Shown: positions 13,401 to 26,253, numbered from the stretch's first letter. The stretch: 64,000 bases of DNA from Aplysia californica (GCF_000002075.1 NW_004797486.1:659836-723835), one strand, 5' to 3'. A program made the numbers and translations. Notes: generated by a model not told the origin, from the sequence alone.

Positions 13401-16400
13401 AACTTTTTCCCACAGCAGAAGCCACCAACAGATCCGATAGCATTCTCCAGAGAACAGGAGATCATGTCAATCTGGTCGGGTGAGATGTCGAAGTGTTCGG
13501 TTACCCCACGGCCAGTGGCCCCAAGTACACCAAATGACATGGTCTCCTCCAGAAAGATGCGAACCTTGTACTTCCATTTCAGCTCCACCTGAAAACCAGA
13601 TTGAAACGAATTAATAAAGACAAAACCATGGAAAAGTTAACATGACCAGTAGTATAAATGTTCCAATATTTGAGTATCCACATCGAAAATTATATTATAA
13701 TGAAAAATTTATAATTCTAAAGCAGCTTCATTGTTGTCATAATTTATCTGTGAACACTGTCAAAACAGTCTTATTTCTACTACTTTACATGTAACTCTAT
13801 AGACCATACAGGGAGTTGCAGGGGTGCCAACTATACATAAAAGCCAGTTAAACAGAGATGTATTCATTGTATCTTTTGTATGTTGTTTCTGAGACTCCGA
13901 ATGCAACTATTTGTGCTTTCTTGTGCGACCTGTACCCTTGCAGTTAGCAGTTTAGCTGATCGTGCAATACACGTAAGTGCACACAACTTTGTAAACATCA
14001 AATACTATCTCAACATAGAGAACTCACCAGTTTTGGCAAAGGACAAATGTCGCCACTGTTCAAATAAAGACCTTCCACCAAAATGAAGCGACGAGTCACC
14101 TTGGCCTTTTTCGGGTTCTGTGAATACAATGTATTTGCAGTTGTTCAACAAACGGAAACAGACTTATCAGAAATAGAATTTATAGGCTGCAAACATAATG
14201 ATGTGAAATCTTACACATCTCAATTGTCACATTTAGATTACTTAGGAGGAGGGCTGCTTCAACCCTGCCAGTCAGCGTCAACCTTGAGCTGTGTAAGCAC
14301 ACAAATAGAAATGTGTGTTTTCATGTCATTTACAAATAAGTTGAACACAACCAATGAAAACAGAATCCCATATGGGTTCTTCCATGAGCAAAAAAAAAAC
14401 CAAACAGAGGGCTCTGATTTTATCTTTGTGCTTGACAGGTCTATTGAATTGACAATGTCCAACTTTAGCTTTTCCTGAGATATATTCGAGGCAGGATTAC
14501 AAAGGCAACAACAAAGAAAATCAGCTCACCTTCTTGTCTGCTTTGCTCTGCTCAATGAGCAAAGACTCGAGATGATCCATGTCATTGTGTCTGAACCAGC
14601 GTACGTGACTTCGGGAGGCCACCAGGCCCTTCTGTATTGCAAAGCACACACTCTCGTCTCTACAACAAACGGATACATTAAGGTAACAATTGGATGGTCC
14701 TCACATATATAGAAATATCTAAATGTGCACTAAGATTTTAGGCTAAATAAAAAGTGCAAGGATCAAATGCCTATAAACAAAGCGGGCCATCAATAAATAT
14801 TCAGTCTGTACTGGTTATTTTTTTAAAACATGGATTCTTACTACACAGTTAAAAATAACCAATAGAACACTTCAGTAACTTGCTGCAAGGACACAGACAG
14901 AAAGAAATAATTACAATTTTAAGAATGAAAACACAAAAAAATATTTCAGTTTGGTAGCATCAGACGACCTCAGTGTTTTCTTGTCGTATCCCCCATTTTT
15001 TACAGTGAAAATGTGACTTCTTCTTCAGCCCACTCTTTGTAATGAACTATTTTCACTGTTTAAAAAAATGGAGATACGACAAAAAAGCACCGAGGTCGTG
15101 ATCTGATCAATGATATAATGAACTTGATTCCCATAATTACTGTAACTAAATGTGGAACCACTCAGATACTGACGCAAAAATGAGATCTCCTCGCTTGGAG
15201 TAGGCAGGAATAGCACTGGCAATACATGCAAATCCATATGAGTACAAAATCGCCTCCTCACAGTTCATAAACTTGGACAGTTTGTCTTCCAACTCCAGGT
15301 GCACATCTGGTGGAGAAAAAAAAAAAGGGGGGGAGGCGCAAGGATGGTTACTAACTACAATTTCAAAAGCAAAGGACAACATCAGCACAACAAGATAGAC
15401 CATTAATCTGAATTTAACTAGTAGACCTACTAAACACAAATGTATGTCATTTCCAAGGTGGGGAACTTCACCAAATGGTAGGAGGGTAGAAAAGTAGAGA
15501 AGAAGAAAGAGATGTTTCCATACCAAAGGAAACACCACACATGTACACCTGAGCTGTGTACTTAAGCCTATTATTAAACTACAACAGGGCATATTAGCAG
15601 CATCTGAGGAGACACGAAATTTAAAACATCAATCTTTATTCAGCACTCTTTGATTTTCTGCCATGAGATTGGCCTCATTAGCCACAAGAGGCACAATCAC
15701 AAGATATAACATGTAGGCAATTACAACTCATACACCATAGCGACATGCTTTCAGTTTTATTAGCCTTCATGAACCAGGAGAAGAAAAAGCGTAAAATATC
15801 ATAAAGAACCTTACCCATGGTGCCATAAAATCCTCTTGGCCCACACGATCCAACCCCATAAACACGTAGGGCCTTCACAGCATCTTCCTGTAACAAAATT
15901 GGAGAATTTTCAACACACACAAAAAACACCAAACAATAGCTTTCTAAAAGGGAAGCAGGAGGGCCAATGGTAAAAGAGAAGAGAGACAATATACCATAGT
16001 AATTATCACAAATTTTCATTTGAGCATAGATATTCTATGTGCAATATTACAACTAGGCGGGGAGGGAATTTACATTTTCTGCTGGTATGGAATGAATCTA
16101 TTTTTTTTATCATCCGATTCACAGAGGGGTTGGAGAGCTGCTGACATAAATATCGCTGAAAGCAATCATTTATTCATCACACCCTTCCCTTCCCTACAAG
16201 TATTCTGAGCAAAGTAAAATAGAAAAGAAGGAGAGAAAGGAATACCATGGAGTCAGGTGCACCAAAATCCAACAGTGTTATGCAAAGGAAGTTCCAAAAC
16301 CCTTGACAAACTACTACTGTAACAAATGCAGAAATACAATCAGACCTGTACTGAGCACAAAAGATTACTAAGAAAATGTCATAATAATGATGATATTATT

Positions 16401-19400
16401 AATAACTAACAAACGGCATCTAGACAATGCAGTGCAAACTGCCAATTAAAAGGCGATCAAACATGAATATACTGATTTGATCTTTACTATCCATGCTGTG
16501 TCGTGTATCTATTCCCATTTCAATCAGACCGGAGTTGAGCACAAAAGAAATGGAGCGGAGAAAAAATGTTATAATCATTACAATACCAATAACAAATGGC
16601 ATTTAGGAATGCATTGAAAACAGCCAATTAACAGGCTATCAACTACGAACACCATCAGCACTCTGTTGGAACCTTGTATACTCGAATGTTAAAATTTTAC
16701 AGGAGAGACCAAAAGACTATCTAACATTGTTAACATCAACACCTAGGCAATCAAATTTTGTCAATGTATTGTGATGGGTCTTACACAAAGTCCTACAAAG
16801 AAGTATGTGTTTTACCCGAGCGCATCATTAAGCAATCTCAACTGAGTTAGCGACAAAACATCCTTTGTTTGGTGAGGTTCTCTGTCTCAAGCGCTGCTCC
16901 GTTGAACCTCGCTAAAGTGTTTGTGAAGTTAGAAAAATGCATCAAGTGGCTTACAGTTGCTCTAATCTAACCTTACTGCTTTTGGGTTGTCTTTAAATGC
17001 TCTGGGTCATTTTATATAATGTCCCGATGCCAGTTAGTGAGCTATTATGAGTTTTGGATGGGTGAAAATTTTTTGGTGCCTTAACACATCGAGTGAAATC
17101 GATAAAGTAAGTGACCACACGGAGGAAGATAACAAGATCCAGGTGTTGTTTGCCGTTCGGTTTTTAGTTTTAGAAGAGGTTATACAGCGCCCGCAACTGC
17201 ATAAGGTCATATGAGCGCCAGAAGATTAGAGGTGTTACAAGAGAGTAACAAACATAAAAAAGAAGGGGAGATAAGGACAATAGATGTTTGATAAGAAAGA
17301 AGGAGCAAACCACACCAGAGCACCCGCCAACCATCCACCCGGTTCGGTCTGGATAGTTGTTGGATAATCCAGAGTCCCCAGCATAGAGGTCGCAAATCTT
17401 GACTGGGTTATCAGAACAGCCACCATATCAACATGCACATCTCTACACAGACTCGCAATCACTAATAAAGTACTTTACAGCAGGTGTGACCACAGTCAAA
17501 ACCAAAGTGGAGGACAACTTGTGGATTGCAATATGTCGCTGCTGCGAAATATATGGCCATATCCACATACAATGGATACCGGGCCACTGTAGCAATATTT
17601 ATGGCAACAATAGGGCTGATGCACTGGCCAGCCAAGGCGGTCAACTGGACCAAGCAAATGTAGAAATAGATCTTTGTTGAGGATATGCATTATGCGATAT
17701 GTTATCGCAAACGAAAGGAACCGCACTTGAGTTCATCATTCTGTTGGAGAAAGGGTAAAACCACCACCAGAGCAGACAAGGAGAAAGGTCTCTCCAGAAT
17801 ACAAAGGAGAATATTGTCGCGATAACGGTGCAACACAAAAAAGTCCTACCCTACAGTCATACCTGCGTAGGATAGACTCAACCCCAGACGACTTGTGCCC
17901 GAGATGTGGTGTCAGTCCTGATGACTTAAGACACAAATTATTTGAATGCCTGCAAAGGGACCTGTACCGCAAACCACTACTGCAAGGTAATACCCGGCCC
18001 GAACCAGATGTGCTATGGACCAAACCCAAAGAGTTTGTCACATATATCTCACTGCATGTGGCAGGCTGCTGCCCTCCAGAGAAGGCCAGCTACAGAAGAA
18101 GAAAAAGATAGCAAGATTCACTAACCCTCGTGGCATGACCGGTGCTCTGACAGAACCTCCCTATATCGCGTCAGCAAAGTTCAACAGATTACATATATGT
18201 CCTTGTGTTCGAGAATGAAATTCAGGCAGAATTTAAAGTGCGTTTTCCGATATTTGTAGCTTGAGTCTGGATTAAAATTTATACACACTGTATAGCAAGG
18301 AATCAAGAATTCTTTGGTGAAAAAATTTTTTTTCCACAAAATTTCAAGTTAGCACGGTTCCATCAAAGCACTAACAATAAACAGATTTTACTGTCCATGC
18401 TGTGTACCTATTCCCATCAGAGCAACGAGAGGAAAATGTATATAGTATATAGAGAGTCATTCTGAAAACAAGGAAATAAGACAGTGGAAGTATTTTAATT
18501 GTAAGGCTAATCATACTGCAAATTCCAGGTCGATCTATGCTGTGACAGGTCTTTAAACTCACCTCAATTTCCTTTTTGCCATTCATCCCAAGGAAATTAA
18601 ATATGGCCATGTTGAGGCACGATTTTCCATTGACTTTGATGTATTTTCCATTTTGGCTGAAATGGTAAAAAAAAAGTGAAAAACATTATAAACTTGAAAT
18701 TGAATTACAAAAACAGAAAAAATTTCAACCTTTTTCTTTGAAAACATTTAGAAACAATTTTCAAACTCTTTGAGCCACCTCAAAAAGCAAACAACTTTTT
18801 TCATCTACAAAAAAACAAAACAAAAAAGAAAACAACAACTAAAATTTAAATCCTCTGGTTCCTTTGGAAATGCAGTCACAGTAAAATCAACCGAAGTCAA
18901 GAGACACATATGATGCAACATAGATTCCAAATGTGGTCCAATTCTTTATGAACGGTGAATCAACACAATAACCGCCACACTGTGACAGGGACAGAACACG
19001 ATATTAGCACGACTGGACAGAAGTATAAGGAGTAGACGAAACCAGGATGTGAAAAAACTAAATGCTCCACAACCTATAAACAAACAACAACAACAAAGTC
19101 ATATTGAACAAGCAAAGCGCAACCCTCTCAAGAGTCAAGAGTCTGATAGTATTTAAATTTGGGTAAAAGTGAAGTATAACCCCTTTGTATTAACCCTCAT
19201 CCTGCGGGAGCCGGGTTTATGTAGCCCGATAAGCCTATTTCGGCACCTCGCCTGTGTTCTGGTCCCGAATCAGAGTAGTCCCCGGCTCAGCGCGCATCCT
19301 CTAACGTGTAATTCGGGTCCAGAGTCGGATCTCCATTCACGCAGGTCAAGTGTGTGTGCTCCAGTCTGCTTGAGTTTGTGTGCGTTTGAGGCCTTCTTCT

Positions 19401-22400
19401 AGAACCGCCTGCGTTGGTTCGTAATCGAGGCATACGTCTCATTCAAAACATGCCAAGTTGGTAGCTCTAGATGTTCAGTCAATGAAATTATAGAAAAAAT
19501 TGACCCGCTTAGACATGAGGAGCTCGAAAGGATAGTCAGGAAACAAGACTTCCATTTTTCTATACAAAATATTTCAAATGAGCTTGATTTTGTATGAAAT
19601 GATACTACCTGATAAAAAAATAAGCTTGTTTGATAGTTTTGAATACCATTGTGCAGGTACAAAGAACAATTTGAGTGTAAAACATTCGGAAATTGACCTA
19701 AATTATCCCCTTTCGAACCTCAGGTCATTCATAACAACAAGAGCGTCGAGAAAGGTTATTCGAATGGGCGTAACTACTCGTAATGTCTTATCAGCTTGTG
19801 AGAGGGGGTTATTCATGTGTTTGTAACACTTTATAAATAGAAAGCTATGAAAGATAGAGCGTTATTTTCATCCTCGGTTAACACACTCCCACGGTATTCA
19901 TGGCGAAAACACATGTTTCCCGGCGCGCGCGCTGTACACCAAAAGTACACACTGAGTGACCCCGGCGGCCTGCCCGGCACGTCCGACGTAATCGGTTGCT
20001 GATAAGATACGCATCTGAGCACAGACGCAGGATAAGAGTTAAAGCATCACCAAAATCATTGTTCAGTTTCCTTCCTGTTCCTGTTAGACATAGCTGCAAG
20101 TCCACTGTTTTTTAGTTTTAGTAAGTGTTTTACGGTACTTTTAGTTTTAGCAAGTGTTTTACGGCACTTGCAAAACAATAAGGTCATGTAAGTGCCGAAG
20201 ATTAAAGGTGTTACAAGAGAGTAACAAACACAAATAAAAGGAGCAGAGATAAGGACGATAGATGTTTGATAGAAAAGAAGAAGCAAACCACACCAGAGCA
20301 CCTGCCAACCACCCACAAGTCTACTGTGACGCGAGAGATTATGCACTAGCAGTTCGAAATGAAGAGGGGGTGTGGGCTATGTTAAACTTTACTTTCAACT
20401 AGTAATTTACCCTTCTATACAGTATTTCTCCATGGCTCTCAAAGCTGGGTGGTCGTCCGGTACGTCCGGCGCCAGTGGTTCCGGCTCCCACTCCTCCACC
20501 AGAATGTCCTTCTCCTGGGGACGTCACAGCAAACAAATTGATTAGGAGAAACAGAACTTTTTATAAAAAGATTCAGTGAAAAATAAGTACAATGATTTTA
20601 AATCTCTTGACAGACTATGATGTGAATCATCGACAAGTTCACCGATTACTCATTTTCCTTTTTCAAAGCACACACTTGAAATGTATGACATTGAATTTCC
20701 AAACTTATTACATCTGTAACAATAGAAAACTTTTATATGTGCTTTTGATACCTGAATTCATCAAGTCAGCAAGTATTCCTACTGCTTACTTTTACATGTT
20801 GTTGTTGTTGTTTTCAAATCCTTTTAGCTGCGAGCATTTCGCTCTTGGCAGCGCAATGCCTCCCTCAAGTAACCACATGTCCTTGTCATTTGGTCAGCGC
20901 CAGAGTATACTTTTACATATATATAAGAACAATGTATGCTGAATCAACATTTAAAAAATCTCCATCAGGACATAATTTTAATTAGCTGCTTATGATTGCC
21001 AGTATTCATTTAATAATCATAAATCTGGCTCCCTAAAAATCGTACTATTAATGTAATATCACCTTTTCAAGAGTATATCCATGGTTCAAAGCAGTAAGTA
21101 CAGAAATTATTTCATTGAAACCACCAACACAATTTCTAATTCCGTGAAAATCTTTGCACAAAACAAAAATTGTCTTCCACTGCTCACCTTTTCTGTAAGA
21201 ACTGCTTTTTCAGGAGAAAAACTCGAAGCCAAGTAGATCTTGACAATGAGCACAATCAGAGTCACTTCAAATATGACATGATACATAGGAGCCTGTAGAA
21301 ATAAAAATGAAACTGGCTCACAACATGCAAACAGTATTAGCATCAGATCAGCATCTTAATTCAATCTTTGTCACAATTACTAAACCTTACCTGACCTCAC
21401 AATAAATGGCAGTTTGCAAATGTTAGACCACATTTCAGTTCTGTTTTTCCACACTCGATGCATCACAATTCAGAAAAGGTTTAGAGTCTCGTTCAAGGTG
21501 AAGATTATAACACTTTTGGGCCATTCCATGAGAAGTGACACACATAATGCTGGAAGGTTAACCTGTGCAGTTATAGTGAGCCATTAATTGTTAAAGGATG
21601 GTTGCACCTAATCAAAAAAAAAGTAAAGAAAGCCTCTTTCACTCTCAAAATATTTTCAGTAGATCATGTGACATGTGTCACTTTTCTTATGGCCCTTTTC
21701 CACTTTCAGCATCACAGCTGTACAAGAAACATTAAATTTGCAGTATTGGACCTGTTTCACTTGGATATCAAACCATGTTTTTAAAATGATTTTTGGAGTG
21801 ATTTGAATGAATTTGACCATCATAATCATTGCAAATCAACCTTACCTAAATGTGAACAAATAAGGGGGCAAAACCTCTCCCCCTCCCGCACCTTGAACAT
21901 AGATCAGAATGGTTTTGATTTTGAGGGTTAAATTCTTCCAAATCAAGCCAATTTATGCGAAAATCTCTCATTTATTCACTTATTCATTACACTCCGGGGA
22001 ACAAACCCGCCTGAAACTCCCAGTTTAAAAGTTATCTAGCAGCGTATCTCTCGCTTTCTTTCAGAAAAACATATATGTCACTATGTCATTCACTATTCAG
22101 ACAACGGGGGTGTGATGAATCAGATTATAGTATTCGGACCCCACTTCTTTCTGACTTTCGTACTTAGACCCCCGTTGTCCGGGTTCCTGCTGGAGCCTGT
22201 ATCAGTCTGGCTCTCCTAGTCCAGTGCACGTGCGCCAAGCATCATCCGTGTGATGACCGTGTGTGTGCGTTAGTCTGCTTGAGTTTGTGTGCGTTTATGG
22301 CTTACTTGTAGAATGTAGAACTGCCTACGCTGGTTCATAACCGAGGAGTACAGCTCATTCAAAACACATCAAGTTGGTAGCTCTAGATGTTCGTCCAATG

Positions 22401-24561
22401 AAATTATAACAAATTGGCCCACTTTGACATGAGGAGCTCAGACAGCTCTGTGTAAGATTTGCATCTCGGCACCGACGCAGAACATGAGTTTTAAGTAAGT
22501 CTAGTCGATTAAGAATCTAGATCTAGGCGCCTACATATTCATAATACTAGAATCTAGGAAGTGACTATCCTCACCCGGAGTGATAAGATCGACCTCTCAC
22601 CCCGGGTGATACTTGCCAGTGTCGGCTATTCTCACCCACTGTGAAAGAAGACCTGTTTTTCCTAATTTCGGAATACTGTCTATCGGTGTGGATGATCAAA
22701 TTTGACAAAAGCAAAGAAAAAAATGACATTATAGCACAAAAGCAAGCTAATTTGACCATCAGCAAAGATGCTATGGCTATTTCACTTTTCTAATCAAGCC
22801 GAACTACGCGGGTCGCCTTTTTGTTTTGCCCGCAAGTTCTCGCAAGATCTACTCCTCCTCTCTGGCTCTCTCTCTCTCTCCGTGTCTTTCTGAATACTGT
22901 CTACCAGTGTGGACGATCAAATTGACCAAAACAAACTCTCTCTCTCTCTCTCTCACTGCCCACAGACGAAACTGCACGCTTTTCAAGAGCGCTGGAATGT
23001 TTGTTCACGACACAGAATTCTACACCTCTGTTATTTATCACAGTGTAGAATTCAGTGGTTCACTGTGAATGCTACACTGGTATTCCTAGACTATAACATA
23101 TCACGGTGAACGCTTTATTCGGACTCGAGTCCCTATAATATTTTTTCATATCCAGACTCGAGTCCGAATTTTAAACAATTCTTATTCGGACTCCAGTTCA
23201 AATATGAAAAAATGTTATTCGGACACGGGTCCCAAAAAAAGGAAGTGTCTTCGCTCTATAGAGATCTAAAGTTCAGTGCTTCCAATTTTCCGCCATTTTT
23301 TAGTTTCTCCCACACCTTATCTGCCGACCCAATGCCCGCCGCCTCAGTGATACGCCCCCCCCCCCACCCCCCATGTTTCCCACTTTCTTTGTTGTAGAAA
23401 AAGGTAAAATTTAAGATTAGCAGACCACCTGGCACCTGCACATTATGAGCTGTGTAAAAAAAAAAAAAGACCGATTCGTTCAAATACACACAAGCCTGTG
23501 TCATCTCGATTGTCTACCAAGAAAAAGTTGTGTTGCTGTGAAGAGCCGAGCATACGGCAACTTTTGATTCCATAGACAAGCGCACAATTCAATATAATGT
23601 AGATCTAGATCTACATCAAGACTAGCTTATTATTGTAATATTAGTTAATAATAATGATCAGTTGCCGGGGGATAAAAGACTGACGCGGGTATGCCACGTT
23701 CAACACCCGGACCGATAGTGCCCCCCCCCCTCCCCGACACGCACACATAGCCACACGTGTGCAGGCCGCCCATCTGACCCCGACACACGCTAACGAGCCA
23801 TCTTTAATTGCTTCTGGTGCCTCTTGACAAATAAACATTTATTAGAAGCGCTCTAACTTTTCAGGCCGGCCTCAAGTTCATCATAAGATAAAAACTCGGC
23901 TCCTGCACAAAACGCCATTTTGCCCTAAGTGATCCCGGTCTCAACCCAGCCTGAGGCAAGTCACGAGTGAGGCAGGACAGGAAGCCGGAGTCACGAGTCA
24001 CAGGAAGTCGGAAGTGATGTTATGCTGGACAAGAATCAGTCCGAATAACATTTTTTTTTCATATTCGGACTCGAGTCCGAATAGTCACAAGTAAAGTCTG
24101 GAAGGACTTCCTACCATAACGAGCGACCACAACTGCCCCAACAAACAGAATTAGGAGGAGACCGCCAATTTTATCCCTCTCTATTCCACTGACCACTCTG
24201 TCTCATTGTGGCAACGGAAGTCCTCCCCCAAGTCTAAAAGGAGACTAAATTTATTCTTTAAAAGTAGATCTTAACTTAAAGTAGATTAGATCTAGACTCT
24301 AGATCTAGATATCTAGATAGATCTCTAGTCTTAGGCCTAAATAATCAAGAATTCTTGCTAGATTGCTAGAAATCTAGAATCCAGTCGGCCATAGTTTGAC
24401 ATTAGTTGACGGAAGGCCAGGGCCAGGACCTACAAACAAACATCCGTACATTTCCAAGATGAATCTAAACAGGGATTCCTCTAAACAAATCAAATCTTTA
24501 TTACCTGTAATACTCCTTGTATCAAATCATACATGTCCCATGTCGCAGGTATGATCGCCAT
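7371..24561 (-). CDS. SPTLC1: Serine palmitoyltransferase long chain base subunit 1, full gene model (14 exons, 1443 nt, 480 aa)
   Basis: complement(join 7371-7479,8264-8337,9197-9314,10188-10242,10918-11014,13385-13588,14028-14117,14530-14659,15174-15306,15815-15887,18563-18656,20411-20514,21188-21292,24505-24561); all introns GT-AG with consistent phases; motifs [44 protein letters not shown] (Asn in place of the PLP Lys, as in LCB1), RLSG.GYCFSAS. Confidence 0.97.
8264..8337 (-). CDS. SPTLC1: SPTLC1 exon 13
   Basis: [24 protein letters not shown](S); 74 nt, AG/GT flanks. Confidence 0.9.
9197..9314 (-). CDS. SPTLC1: SPTLC1 exon 12
   Basis: [39 protein letters not shown]; 118 nt. Confidence 0.9.
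9428..9620 (+). mobile_element. tRNA-derived SINE (family B variant)
   Basis: A box TAGCCTAGTGG, B box GGTTCGAGCC, shared GTGTCCTTGGGAAAGGCAC core; body differs from the 37305 copy. Confidence 0.75.
10188..10242 (-). CDS. SPTLC1: SPTLC1 exon 11
   Basis: (S)[17 protein letters not shown](N); 55 nt, phases fit both neighbours. Confidence 0.88.
10918..11014 (-). CDS. SPTLC1: SPTLC1 exon 10
   Basis: [32 protein letters not shown]; 97 nt. Confidence 0.95.
11050..11230 (-). mobile_element. Family A short retroposon
   Basis: ~180-bp repeat; 16-bp TSD ACTG(C/T)CATCAGTAAAG at 11034-11049 and 11231-11246. Confidence 0.9.
12079..12260 (-). mobile_element. Family A short retroposon
   Basis: 12-bp TSD ATTTGTTGTCTT at 12067-12078 and 12261-12272. 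Confidence 0.9.
13385..13588 (-). CDS. SPTLC1: SPTLC1 exon 9
   Basis: [33 protein letters not shown]...[23 protein letters not shown]; 204 nt. Confidence 0.96.
14028..14117 (-). CDS. SPTLC1: SPTLC1 exon 8
   Basis: [30 protein letters not shown]; 90 nt. Confidence 0.95.
14530..14659 (-). CDS. SPTLC1: SPTLC1 exon 7
   Basis: [43 protein letters not shown]; 130 nt. Confidence 0.95.
15174..15306 (-). CDS. SPTLC1: SPTLC1 exon 6
   Basis: (D)[43 protein letters not shown](A); 133 nt. Confidence 0.96.
15815..15887 (-). CDS. SPTLC1: SPTLC1 exon 5
   Basis: [24 protein letters not shown]; 73 nt. Confidence 0.96.
17162..17339 (-). mobile_element. Family A short retroposon, in or abutting a LINE remnant
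   Basis: Matches the family consensus; short TSD GTTCGGT on both sides. Confidence 0.88.
17340..18110 (+). mobile_element. Degenerate 3' fragment of an Ingi/I-group LINE (RNase H plus CCHC knuckle)
   Basis: Frameshifted [27 protein letters not shown]...HKLFEC; ends in a (GAA)n-like tail. Confidence 0.8.
18563..18656 (-). CDS. SPTLC1: SPTLC1 exon 4
   Basis: [31 protein letters not shown]; 94 nt. Confidence 0.94.
19194..20038. mobile_element. piggyBac-type non-autonomous element
   Basis: TTAA on both sides (19190-19193, 20039-20042); TIR CCCTCATCCTGCG / CGCAGGATAAGAG; internal segment repeated at 22261-22492. Confidence 0.7.
20109..20316 (-). mobile_element. Family A short retroposon with duplicated 3' tail
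   Basis: 11-bp TSD AAGTC(C/T)ACTGT at 20098-20108 and 20317-20327; ~30 nt of the tail repeated in tandem. Confidence 0.9.
20411..20514 (-). CDS. SPTLC1: SPTLC1 exon 3
   Basis: [34 protein letters not shown](G); 104 nt. Confidence 0.93.
21188..21292 (-). CDS. SPTLC1: SPTLC1 exon 2 (transmembrane helix)
   Basis: [35 protein letters not shown]; 105 nt. Confidence 0.93.
22261..22492. mobile_element. Deleted relative of the piggyBac-type element at 19194
   Basis: Co-linear match to 19350-19526 followed by the right-end motif GACGCAG..ATGAGTT. Confidence 0.65.
24505..24561 (-). CDS. SPTLC1: SPTLC1 exon 1
   Basis: caaaATGGCG start; [19 protein letters not shown]; 57 nt; CAG|GTAATA donor. Confidence 0.88.
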
Positions 24562-24745
24562 TTTGAGTAAGTGTAGTATCAATGAAAAATGAAAATACCG
24601 AGTTGTGGAATGGCAAAGGCCCAGCCCAGTGTGACACTGTGTTGCCAACTACTTGGTTCCTTATTTCAAGGAGAGCGTCGCCAAGGGAGATAATTCATTG
24701 CATAACAATACTAAACATCAAAATTTGAGCCACCGCCCACTTTTT
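24556..24745 (-). promoter_or_regulatory. Putative SPTLC1 proximal promoter
   Basis: YY1-like AAAATGGCG overlapping the start codon; GC box CCGCCC at 24733-24738; motif matches only. Confidence 0.35.
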
Positions 24746-25639
24746 AATGGCCCTGTTTGTTTAACGTCAATATAAAGTATAATTAATAATATTATATATA
24801 TGTATATATTTATATATAGATCTACATGTCAATAATATAAAATTAATTCTTTGTCAATAAATTCATCAATAGTTATGTTCTTGGGATCAATACCAACTTT
24901 AATGCTATTGAAATGCAACTGAGAACCGATTTCACGTTGGTGAGAGTCATTTATTTTGTTTGTTGTTTTTGTTTTGTTTTGTTTATTTTATTTTTTTTAT
25001 TTTAGGTCTAATAATTGCATAGGCCAACAATAGAGACGCATATTGCATGACCATGATTTCAGTATTTTCAGTCGATCTAACCAAAATGAGAACAATAAGG
25101 ATATATTGCAGAGATCACAGCCTTTTGAAGAGGGAATTCGGAACCACAGTACATGTAGTTCTAGACCTAGTCTCAAGATAAAGGAAAGTTTGGCAAGATT
25201 GCTTTTGCATACTTTACACGAAAAGATACAAGGCGTGATGCAAAAAGATGCAAACAAATAGATCTTATCCGAATAATCACTACAAACAAACGACATGTTC
25301 TATCATGCGAGAATCAAATTACATATATCAGTGAAAAAGGATTTAAAACCACAGAAACTATGGGTCAGTAGTGTGGCAAACGCATTTGTTTCTTGTGATG
25401 TACGGTTACTATACGTTACAGTGAATTTCTAGAGATGTTTAATTGCTGTGAGAATTCTCAACCGCTAGCATGAGGTTCCCCAGGCCATTCCACTCAAATC
25501 CCCGTTTTTTGTTGGGGTTTTTTGTGGGGTTTTTTTTTTTCAAATTTGTCATTGAAACGCAACATCTTTTACCAAAGCCTGGAAATCGAATTTTCGAGGA
25601 CAGCTAAAGTAAAAACTGGTGCTCCATTAGCTGCACATA

Positions 25640-25872
25640 CCGACTTCCCGAAAGATGGAGGACTTAATAAGTCTGGTGGTTTCTGATTTGGAGAACGCTA
25701 GAATTTGGTTCAGGTTCCAGAGGGTATAAGTACTTGGGGATGGACTTAGATTCGGACAGGATCCAAAAGAGATGGGATACAGCTGGATAGAGGTGAAGAC
25801 TATAGCCCAGGAGAAGTAGGAGGGGAGCTCTGCTTGGTATAATACCCCGGCATGGGGTGAGAAGGGATGATG
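25640..25872 (+). mobile_element. Degenerate RTE-like LINE 3' end
   Basis: Translates in part to KEMGYSWIEVKTIAQEK, resembling RTE ORF C-termini; ends in (TGA)n. Confidence 0.45.
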
Positions 25873-25887
25873 ATCTGCCAAGGATCC

Positions 25888-26041
25888 NNNNNNNNNNNNN
25901 NNNNNNNNNNNNNNNNNNNNNNNNNNNNNNNNNNNNNNNNNNNNNNNNNNNNNNNNNNNNNNNNNNNNNNNNNNNNNNNNNNNNNNNNNNNNNNNNNNNN
26001 NNNNNNNNNNNNNNNNNNNNNNNNNNNNNNNNNNNNNNNNN
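25888..26041. other. Assembly gap (154 N)
   Basis: Run of n. Confidence 1.
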
Positions 26042-26253
26042 GTTGATCAAGATTCTAGTTTTATTTTATCTTGAACTTGAAAAAGTTTTCAGCTGGAAAA
26101 TGCATGTACACGCATTTTCAGTTTCAGTGCGACGCTCCGTGACTGCGAGAGCTAGATCTACATGGGGAAGAACGCTTTGCATGTGGAGCTGTAAAAGTGG
26201 CCAGCCTAAAAGGAGACAGCAAAATAAAATAAATATATTATAGATTTCCCTAC

